DNA of 64,000 bases from Clostridia bacterium (lineage in GTDB: Bacteria > Bacillota > Clostridia > Oscillospirales > Acutalibacteraceae): positions 723-64,722 of the forward strand of contig JAFQWE010000041.1 in assembly GCA_017407645.1 (NCBI GenBank). Reading direction: 5' to 3'. Below, one piece after another: positions 9,280 to 16,634 of this stretch; position 1 is the stretch's first letter; each line of letters starts with the position of its first letter. The position numbers and the translations under genes are program-made. The notes below the pieces were generated by a model. It worked only from the letters and a program-made list of their open reading frames with translations, had not been told where the DNA came from and searched no databases.

Positions 9280-9311
9280 CGACAAATTTGTCGGTTTGGA
9301 CAGGCTATAAT
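9280..9311 (+). promoter_or_regulatory. candidate spoIIE promoter: TATAAT -10 with a Spo0A-box-like palindrome at the -35 position
   Basis: TATAAT at 9306..9311. Perfect palindrome CGACAAATTTGTCG at 9280..9293 holds two half sites resembling the 0A box TGTCGAA. There is no good -35 hexamer. Confidence 0.35.
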
Positions 9312-9338
9312 AGGCTCATCATATTGGGTGGTGAAGTT

Positions 9339-11618
9339 ATGAAGGAAAGCACTAACATACTTAACAAAACTAAAGAAAGTGTTAAAGGCAACCTTATTGC
9401 CAACAGAGTTTTTAAAATCACTATTACTGCCGTAATGGGATTTTTTCTTGCGCGAACGGCTCTTTTAGGGCAAAGCGTCCCATTTGGATTGGGATTTTGC
9501 GCCGGACTTGAGGGGGTATACTCCTTTGCGGCGGCTATTGGCAGTGGGGCAGGATACTTCTTCCCTATTACCGACCAAGGTGGGTTTGGATACGTTGCCG
9601 CTGCTCTTGCCATTCTTGCAATAAAGTTTGTTTTACAGGGCAAATATGAGGAGAATCGCAAGCATATTTTTTCTGCTATTCTTGGATTTGCCTCTTGCCT
9701 TGTTGCAACACTGCCTAATATAATTGCGTCATTTTCAGTTGAATTTCTTACAATAAAATGCGCCGAATGTATCATCTGCGGTTGCACTGCAGGTGCGGTC
9801 AGTATTTCTGTGGGCTATATTAAAAACAGAAAGCCTGCTCATATTCCCATTGGGGACAACCTGTGCATCATCACAACCGTGGGACTTTTGTTAGCCTCAC
9901 TTATGTGGATTGAGTTTGGAGGAGTTAGTCTATCCTCTGTGTGCGCGGGCGTAATTATCTTGTGCGCCGCAGTTGGCGGCCAAGGTGCCGCAGGTGCTTA
10001 TGTAGGTGCCATCCTCGGCTTTGTTACGTGTGTTACAGGCAGAGCGGAGCCTTGGATTCCTGCCGCAATGGCTTTAAGCGGACTTACTGCAGGTCTGGTG
10101 TCGTCATTTGCTCATATAGGTGGCGCAATGCTTTTTTCTGCAACGGGTATCGTTTACACCTTGCTTAGCGGAAGTACAGATTTATCACTGATTTATGAAA
10201 CGGTTGCCGCAGCAATTATATTTATCTTTTTGCCAAAAGAATTTAGGTCAAAAATATCAGGAGTTTTTGCCCCTGCGGCAGAACTGCCTCGCCTTGACGG
10301 ACTAAAAAAATCCGTCTCTATGAGACTAAGTTTTGCATCAAAGGCACTATGTGACGTTTCTGACACAGTAGAAAACGTTGCAAAAAAACTTGAAAAGATA
10401 GATAACCCTCCTCTTGAAAAGGTTATAACCTCGGTTGAGCAATCGGTGTGTAACGGTTGCTCTATGCGGTGCTACTGTTGGGAAGAAAGACGGGAAAACA
10501 CCGTTGCCGCCCTTATTGGCAGAGTGCGGGGAGAAAAAGAGGCAAACCTTACCGGTTGCGGCAGACAGGACAGTCTTATTGCCGCAGCAAAAAAGGCTTA
10601 CAGCGAGTTTTTAAGTCGTAACGAGGCTACGGGCAGAATAAGAGAAATCCGCGAGGCTCTTGCCGACCAATTCTCAGGAGTTGCCGACCTGCTTGCTGAG
10701 GTGGCGGACGAATTTGACCGCGAGCGTATTTTTGACCACGATGCCGCAGGTAGAGTTGAATCGGCGCTTCGGTCGGTTGACATAATACCATCCGACGTCG
10801 GTTGCGCCGTTGACCGATTTGGCAGAATGACGGTTGAAATCAGGGTGCTTAGCGGTGACAGGGCGCGTTTTAGCAAAATGACCATAATGCGTGAGGTTTC
10901 CACTGCTTGCGGCAGGGAATTTGAGCCGCCGTCAATCTATTCCTCCGGCAGAGGCACACTAATCACCCTTGCGCAAAAGGCTCGACTTACAGCAGACGTT
11001 GGGCTTGCAAGTATCACAAGCGGTGACGGAAAGCTGTGCGGAGACACCGCCTCGGTATTTTGCGACGGCAGAGGTCATAGTATTATGATGATTAGTGACG
11101 GTATGGGTACAGGCGGCAGAGCGGCAGTTGATTCTGCTATGGTAACCGGACTTATGGAGCGTATGATTAAGGCAGGCTTCGGTTATGACAGTGCTCTTAA
11201 AATTGTCAATTCCGCTTTGCTTTTTAAATCGGCAAACGAATCACTTGCCACCCTTGATATTTGCTCGGTTGACCTTTTTACAGGCAGGGCAGAATTCTTT
11301 AAAGCAGGTGCTTGTCCCACTCTCGTTATGCGGTCAGGTCGGGCAGGAATTGCCGAGTGCGCCTCCTTCCCTGCAGGCATATTAAGACAGGTTGCCTTTG
11401 ATACGGCGGCAGTCACTTTGTCAAAAGGCGATATTGCGGTGATTTTTTCTGACGGGGTTAACTCAGAAGGCACCGATTGGATTGTTGACGAGCTTAAAAA
11501 ATTTGACGTTGGATACTCTGCTCAGCAACTGGCAGAGAGCCTTGCCGACTCGGCTCGAAGACGGCGCACCGACAATCACGAGGATGATATTACCGTTGCC
11601 GTTACTATTATCAAATAA
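9339..11618 (+). CDS. spoIIE: stage II sporulation protein E (membrane PP2C phosphatase)
   Basis: Multi-TM N-terminal half and a C-terminal PP2C domain (GDTASVFCDGRGHSIMMISDGMGTGGRAA...VIFSDGV). The ATG at 9339 follows GGTGGTGA (track start 9189 is an extension). Confidence 0.9.
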   Translation: MKESTNILNKTKESVKGNLIANRVFKITITAVMGFFLARTALLGQSVPFGLGFCAGLEGVYSFAAAIGSGAGYFFPITDQGGFGYVAAALAILAIKFVLQGKYEENRKHIFSAILGFASCLVATLPNIIASFSVEFLTIKCAECIICGCTAGAVSISVGYIKNRKPAHIPIGDNLCIITTVGLLLASLMWIEFGGVSLSSVCAGVIILCAAVGGQGAAGAYVGAILGFVTCVTGRAEPWIPAAMALSGLTAGLVSSFAHIGGAMLFSATGIVYTLLSGSTDLSLIYETVAAAIIFIFLPKEFRSKISGVFAPAAELPRLDGLKKSVSMRLSFASKALCDVSDTVENVAKKLEKIDNPPLEKVITSVEQSVCNGCSMRCYCWEERRENTVAALIGRVRGEKEANLTGCGRQDSLIAAAKKAYSEFLSRNEATGRIREIREALADQFSGVADLLAEVADEFDRERIFDHDAAGRVESALRSVDIIPSDVGCAVDRFGRMTVEIRVLSGDRARFSKMTIMREVSTACGREFEPPSIYSSGRGTLITLAQKARLTADVGLASITSGDGKLCGDTASVFCDGRGHSIMMISDGMGTGGRAAVDSAMVTGLMERMIKAGFGYDSALKIVNSALLFKSANESLATLDICSVDLFTGRAEFFKAGACPTLVMRSGRAGIAECASFPAGILRQVAFDTAAVTLSKGDIAVIFSDGVNSEGTDWIVDELKKFDVGYSAQQLAESLADSARRRRTDNHEDDITVAVTIIK

Positions 11619-11621
11619 ACC

Positions 11622-11659
11622 AAAAAACTCCGCCCGTTTAAGACGAAGCGGAGCTTTTT
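11622..11659. terminator. bidirectional terminator
   Basis: aaaaaactccgc...gcggagcttttt between convergent spoIIE and the small ORF. Confidence 0.65.
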
Positions 11660-11669
11660 AGGTAGTCAG

Positions 11670-11819
11670 TTAGCAGCAGCAATCATTGTTGCAACCATTG
11701 CAGCCACCGCATCCACAACCACCGTTAGTGGTGGAGAGACCGTTGTTGCCGCAGCAGCAGAACAGTATGATGATGAGGATGATAATCCAGCTGCAGTTTC
11801 CGCCGAAGCCGTTACACAT
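11670..11819 (-). CDS. small Cys/Gly-rich hydrophobic peptide, YjcZ-like (49 aa), absent from the ORF track
   Basis: Hand translation: MCNGFGGNCSWIIILIIILFCCCGNNGLSTTNGGCGCGGCNGCNNDCCC. RBS AAGGGGG lies 8-9 nt upstream and a terminator follows downstream. Confidence 0.5.
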   Translation of the reverse strand: MCNGFGGNCSWIIILIIILFCCCGNNGLSTTNGGCGCGGCNGCNNDCCC

Positions 11820-12016
11820 ATGCGCGACCCCCTTTCCGAGCGGTAAGGGAGATTTGCTCTCTTTTGCCGCCCTTCGATATCATTCTATGTAAGGGTTTTA
11901 TTTTGGTTACGGGATGATTTTAAGGTTGCACAGTAAATTGAAGAAAATTAAAGAAAAAATGAGATATGAGAAGTTATTTTTAAAATTCGGCGGATTTTGA
12001 ATCGCAAATATTCATT

Positions 12017-12085
12017 TTTGACCTTTGTTGACTTTGACTTTCTTTGACTTTTGTCATAAAATATGATTAGTCAAAGAAAGTCAAA
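12017..12085 (+). promoter_or_regulatory. ctsR operon promoter with CtsR operators
   Basis: TTGACT (12034..12039), 17 nt, TAAAAT (12057..12062). The 17-nt box AGTCAAAGAAAGTCAAA sits at 12069..12085, and its exact reverse complement at 12033..12049. Extra half sites at 12017..12023 and 12027..12033. Matches the CtsR consensus (A/G)GTCAAA-NAN-(A/G)GTCAAA. Confidence 0.8.
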
Positions 12086-12097
12086 GGAGGCAGACTA

Positions 12098-12553
12098 ATG
12101 CTTATCAGTGACCTTATAGCAAAAAGAATACTTGAGCTTTTAGAGGGTTCGGAAGACGGCATTACCGAAATTCAGCGCAACACCTTGGCAGAGGCTATCG
12201 GTTGTGTGCCCAGTCAGATTAACTATGTTATATCCTCCCGTTTCACTCCCGAAAAAGGATATATTGTTGAAAGCAAGCGTGGTGGCGGTGGATATATCCG
12301 CATTACAGAGGTGCGCACAGGCGCTGCTTCTGCTTTGATGCACATTATCAATTCTATCGGCAACTCACTTGATATGCGAACACAGCGCATTATCTTGGAA
12401 AACTTGGTTTTTCGCAACTTGATTTCATCAGGCGCCGCCGCCATTATGAGCGCGGCAGTATCTGACTCGGCTTTGCGGCAGATCGCCCCAAGCAGTCGAG
12501 ACGAAGTCAGGGCATCCATATTTAAGCATATGCTTATGACACAGGTTAGATAA
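12098..12553 (+). CDS. ctsR: CtsR, repressor of class III stress genes
   Basis: MLISDLIAKRILELL...PSQINYVISSRFTPEKGYIVESKRGGGGYIRI, plus operon context. Confidence 0.95.
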   Translation: MLISDLIAKRILELLEGSEDGITEIQRNTLAEAIGCVPSQINYVISSRFTPEKGYIVESKRGGGGYIRITEVRTGAASALMHIINSIGNSLDMRTQRIILENLVFRNLISSGAAAIMSAAVSDSALRQIAPSSRDEVRASIFKHMLMTQVR

Positions 12554-12565
12554 GGAGGCAAACTT

Positions 12566-13060
12566 ATGTTATGCGATAAATGCGGTCAAAGAACCGCCAC
12601 AACACACATAAAAACAAGTATAAACGGCATTGTCGAGGTGCATCATTTATGCCCCGACTGTGCAAAGGAGCATTCGGGCGGCAGCAGTGTGATGCTTGAC
12701 AGTCTTATTGGCTCATTTTTTGGTGACAGTCTTAAAAGCCATCCCGTAACCGACAACCGCAAGCGTTGTGAGGGTTGTGGAATGTGTTTTGACGATATTG
12801 CTCAGTCAGGCAAGGTTGGTTGTGACAAGTGTTACGAAACCTTTTTAGAGCAACTGATCCCCTCTTTGCAAAGAATGCACGGCAGAAGCCGTCACGCAGG
12901 CAAAATCCCCAACCAAATTGTGATTGAGGAAAGCACAGAGGATAAAATTGCAGAGCTTCAAAATCAAATGCAAAAAGCCATTGAAACACAGGATTTTGAA
13001 CTTGCCGCAAAGCTCCGCGACCAGATTAAAGAGTTAAAGGAGGATGCAGACAATGAGTAA
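12566..13060 (+). CDS. mcsA: McsA, protein arginine kinase activator
   Basis: Paired CxxC zinc motifs (CDKCG, CPDC, CEGCG, CDKC) and a C-terminal UVR motif (FELAAKLRDQIKELK). Confidence 0.9.
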   Translation: MLCDKCGQRTATTHIKTSINGIVEVHHLCPDCAKEHSGGSSVMLDSLIGSFFGDSLKSHPVTDNRKRCEGCGMCFDDIAQSGKVGCDKCYETFLEQLIPSLQRMHGRSRHAGKIPNQIVIEESTEDKIAELQNQMQKAIETQDFELAAKLRDQIKELKEDADNE

Positions 13061-14063
13061 GTGGTACACTTCTTGCGGTAATCAGTCTGACACCGTTATA
13101 AGCACCCGCATCCGCCTTGCACGAAACATTGCAGGTGTGCCCTTCCCCTCACGAATGACCGCCCAGCAACGCAAAGAGGTTAATCTTGCCGTTAAAGAGG
13201 CTATTATTTGCGACGAGAATAGAGCTAAACGATTTAAGTACATTGAGATGGATACACTGCCTGACATCACCGTTATGTCTATGGTGGAGCGTCACATTAT
13301 CAGCCCCGAATTTGCCAAGGTGCGCGATAATAAGGCACTGATTTTGTCTGATGATGAGTCGGTAAGCATTATGCTTTGTGAGGAGGACCATATTCGCATT
13401 CAGGTTATGCGAGCAGGGTTATCTCTTGACGAGGCTTATGCAGAGGCCGACAGAATAGACGACATTTTAGGTGAAAAACTAAACTATGCCTTTAACGAGC
13501 GGTTGGGCTATCTTACCGAGTGCCCCACCAATCTTGGCACAGGTCTGAGAGCATCACTGATGCTCCATCTTCCTGCCCTTGAAATGTCGGGCGCAGTCAA
13601 CCGTCTTGCCTCCACAGTAAGCAAAATCGGTCTTACCATTCGCGGCACATACGGTGAAGGCACCAAGGCAAGTGCTTCTATGTATCAACTTTCAAATCAG
13701 GTTACACTGGGCATTTCGGAAAAAGCGGCTATTGAAAATCTTAAATCCATTGCTGCACAGGCTATGGCACAGGAAAAAAGCGCAAGAGAAAATCTTGACC
13801 AATTCGCTTTGGAGGACAACGCTTACAGAGCCCTCGGCACCCTTAAATTTGCACGCATTCTGTCGGGTGACGAGTTTATGAAATTGATTTCACGTGTGCG
13901 TTTAGGGGTTGCAACCGGAGTTGTTGAGGGTATCCCCCTTGAAAAAATAGAGGAGCTTATTATCGACGCAGGCGCCGCTACTCTGCAAGCCAATGCAGGC
14001 GAGCCGTTAGACGCCACCGAAAGAGACCGATTGCGTGCAAAAATCATACGCGAAAGGCTGTGA
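13053..14063 (+). CDS. mcsB: McsB, protein arginine kinase
   Basis: Guanido-kinase motifs EEDHIRIQ and CPTNLGTGLRAS. The ATG at 13053 lies 9 nt after AAAGGAGG and overlaps the mcsA stop. Confidence 0.95.
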   Translation: MSKWYTSCGNQSDTVISTRIRLARNIAGVPFPSRMTAQQRKEVNLAVKEAIICDENRAKRFKYIEMDTLPDITVMSMVERHIISPEFAKVRDNKALILSDDESVSIMLCEEDHIRIQVMRAGLSLDEAYAEADRIDDILGEKLNYAFNERLGYLTECPTNLGTGLRASLMLHLPALEMSGAVNRLASTVSKIGLTIRGTYGEGTKASASMYQLSNQVTLGISEKAAIENLKSIAAQAMAQEKSARENLDQFALEDNAYRALGTLKFARILSGDEFMKLISRVRLGVATGVVEGIPLEKIEELIIDAGAATLQANAGEPLDATERDRLRAKIIRERL

Positions 14064-14067
14064 ATTT

Positions 14068-16503
14068 ATGTATAAATTCAACGGATTTACCGAAAAGGCC
14101 AACAAATCCCTTAACCTTGCAATAGAGTCTGCACAGGATTTTGGCCACACTTATATTGGCAGTGAGCATCTGCTTATCGGAATTTTGAGAGAAGGCAGCG
14201 GTGTTGCCGCACAGATTCTGACTGCCAAAGGTATTATTACAGAACAAATTGAAGATGCTTTGACCGTCACTGTGGGTGTGGGTGAAAAGACCAAGTTATC
14301 CCCTGCCCAATTTACTCCACGGGCAAAGCGGATTATTGAAATGTCGGTTGCCGCCGCCAAAAGCAGAGGTATTTCCTACGTTGGCACCGAGCAAATACTC
14401 CTTGCCATTCTTGAGGAGGGTGACAACTACGCCGTAAGATTCATTAGTGAATTAGGGGGCGACTGCACTGCCATTTTAAGTGAAGTTATGAAGGCAATGG
14501 GTAACGGTGCAAAATCCCCTGAAGGCAACTCTACGCCTGTTAAATCAAAGGGTGAAAGCACCCCTACACTTGATAAATACGGCAGAGATTTATCCTTTGA
14601 AGCGGAAAACGGCAATCTTGACCCCGTTATCGGCAGAGAGGAAGAAATTCAGCGTATTATTCAAATTTTGTGCCGTCGCACTAAGAATAATCCTTGCCTT
14701 ATCGGTGAGCCCGGTGTTGGTAAAACGGCAGTTATTGAGGGCCTTGCAATCAAAATCAGTGAGAGCGAGGTTCCCGAACTGCTTAAAGACAAGAGGGTGG
14801 TTGCCCTTGACCTTACAGGTATGGTGGCAGGCACAAAGTACCGCGGTGACTTTGAGGAAAGAATCAAATCTGCCATTGATGAGGTCAAAAAGGCAGGCAA
14901 CGTAATCCTATTTATTGACGAGGTTCATACCATAGTTGGTGCAGGCTCATCAGAGGGGTCTACCGATGCGGCAAATATGCTCAAGCCTCAGCTTGCAAGG
15001 GGTGAGTTTCAGGTTATCGGCGCAACTACTCTTGACGAGTACCGCAAGCACATCGAAAAGGATGCCGCTTTGGAGCGCCGTTTTCAACCTATCACTGTTG
15101 GTGAGCCTAACGAATCAGATGCGATACTGATTCTTAAAGGACTGCGTGACCGATATGAAGCACACCACAAGGTGCGAATTACCGACAAGGCTATCGAGGC
15201 GGCTGTCAAGCTTTCGTCCCGATATATCAGTGACCGATATTTGCCCGACAAGGCTATCGACCTTATTGACGAGGCTTGCTCGCGGGTAAGGCTTAACAAT
15301 ATGACTCCCTCCACCGATATGAAGGATTTGGAGGAAAAAATCAAAAAGTTGTCTGAGGAAAAGACGGCGGCGGTTAACTCTCAGAATTTTGAGCTTGCCG
15401 CCCAAATCAGAGACAAAGAGGTCAAACTGCAAGAGGAATTTGACAGTCTTAAAGCAAAGTGGCAGGAGCAAAACGCACACGCTTCAGGTGAAGTGGGCGA
15501 GGAGGACATTGCTCAAATTGTATCAGGTTGGACAGGTGTTCCCGTAGTTCAGCTAACCGAAGAAGAGGGTGCCCGTCTGCTTCGCCTTGAAAAAGAGCTG
15601 CACTGCCGAGTTGTCGGTCAGAACGAGGCGGTTACCGCCGTTGCAAAGGCTATTCGCCGAGGCAGAGTAGGTCTTAAGGACCCCAAGCGTCCAATCGGCT
15701 CATTCATCTTTTTGGGTCCCACAGGTGTGGGTAAAACCGAACTTTGCCGCGCTCTTGCAGAGGCTATGTTCGGCGACGAAAATGCAATGATTAAGCTTGA
15801 TATGTCGGAGTATATGGAAAAGCACACCGTATCCCGATTGGTTGGCTCTCCCCCCGGATACGTGGGTTATGATGAGGGCGGTCAGTTGACCGAAAAGGTA
15901 CGCCGCAAACCCTATTCAGTGGTGCTTTTTGACGAAATTGAAAAGGCTCATCCCGACGTGTTTAATATGCTGCTTCAGATACTTGAAGACGGTGTACTGA
16001 CCGATTCTCAGGGCAGACAGGTTAACTTTAAAAACACCGTTATTATTATGACAAGCAACGTGGGTGCCCGAATGATTACCGACAACAAGCGATCAATGGG
16101 ATTTGGCACTGACTCTGCCGATAACGAGGATATTAAAAGCAAGGTTATGGAGGAGCTAAAGCGCACCTTTAAGCCTGAATTCCTTAATAGAATTGATGAC
16201 ATTATCGTTTTCAGCAAGTTAAGTCAAAACGAAATCGGTGAAATTGCAACAAAGATGCTTGAAGTTCTTAAAAAGCGCCTTGCCGATATGAATATTGACA
16301 TCGAGTTTACCGAAAACTCCGTCAAAGCTATCAGTGAAGCAGGCTTTGACGCGGTATACGGAGCCCGTCCATTGCGCCGAGCCATACAAAACAAGATTGA
16401 AGATGCCCTTAGCGAGCATATTTTAGAGGGAAAGATTAAATCTGGAGACAAGGTTAAGTGCGACTTTGCCGACGGCAGTTTTAAGTTTGAAAATGTGGAA
16501 TAA
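14068..16503 (+). CDS. clpC: ClpC, ATP-dependent Clp protease ATP-binding subunit
   Basis: Clp N repeats, two Walker A sites (GEPGVGKT, GPTGVGKT) and a UVR-like linker. ATG at 14068 (track start 14035 is an extension). Confidence 0.95.
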   Translation: MYKFNGFTEKANKSLNLAIESAQDFGHTYIGSEHLLIGILREGSGVAAQILTAKGIITEQIEDALTVTVGVGEKTKLSPAQFTPRAKRIIEMSVAAAKSRGISYVGTEQILLAILEEGDNYAVRFISELGGDCTAILSEVMKAMGNGAKSPEGNSTPVKSKGESTPTLDKYGRDLSFEAENGNLDPVIGREEEIQRIIQILCRRTKNNPCLIGEPGVGKTAVIEGLAIKISESEVPELLKDKRVVALDLTGMVAGTKYRGDFEERIKSAIDEVKKAGNVILFIDEVHTIVGAGSSEGSTDAANMLKPQLARGEFQVIGATTLDEYRKHIEKDAALERRFQPITVGEPNESDAILILKGLRDRYEAHHKVRITDKAIEAAVKLSSRYISDRYLPDKAIDLIDEACSRVRLNNMTPSTDMKDLEEKIKKLSEEKTAAVNSQNFELAAQIRDKEVKLQEEFDSLKAKWQEQNAHASGEVGEEDIAQIVSGWTGVPVVQLTEEEGARLLRLEKELHCRVVGQNEAVTAVAKAIRRGRVGLKDPKRPIGSFIFLGPTGVGKTELCRALAEAMFGDENAMIKLDMSEYMEKHTVSRLVGSPPGYVGYDEGGQLTEKVRRKPYSVVLFDEIEKAHPDVFNMLLQILEDGVLTDSQGRQVNFKNTVIIMTSNVGARMITDNKRSMGFGTDSADNEDIKSKVMEELKRTFKPEFLNRIDDIIVFSKLSQNEIGEIATKMLEVLKKRLADMNIDIEFTENSVKAISEAGFDAVYGARPLRRAIQNKIEDALSEHILEGKIKSGDKVKCDFADGSFKFENVE

Positions 16504-16533
16504 TAAGTTAAAGGCACCTTAAACAAGGAACCG

Positions 16534-16590
16534 TTTTTATCCCTCCACCAACGCAAGCATTGGTCCCCCTCCCTTTAGGCAAGGGAGGCA
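16534..16590 (+). repeat. REP-like intergenic repeat, copy C (subfamily 1)
   Basis: tttttatccctcc..., then the same hairpin cctccctt-taggc-aagggagg as copy A. Confidence 0.6.
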
Positions 16591-16591
16591 G

Positions 16592-16627
16592 AAAAAAGTC
16601 CCGATTCAGTTGAATCGGGACTTTGTT
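16592..16627. terminator. bidirectional terminator
   Basis: aaaaaagtcccgattc-agtt-gaatcgggactttgtt between convergent clpC and the surface-protein gene. Confidence 0.75.
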
Positions 16628-16634
16628 ATTGTGT

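Noticed and set aside
9189-9338. Long N-terminal extensions in the ORF track (spoIIE 9189, LCP 48279, tnpA 43352, spoVAD 2634, clpC 14035, PMM 48845, nucleoside hydrolase 36757).
   Set aside because: In each case an internal ATG with a proper Shine-Dalgarno matches the family's usual N-terminus. The extensions cross promoters or upstream genes.
11686-11892. A 68-aa plus-strand ORF (Pro/Gln-rich) listed in the track.
   Set aside because: It is the antisense shadow of the better-supported small Cys-rich gene on the minus strand. It has no RBS and its sequence is low-complexity.
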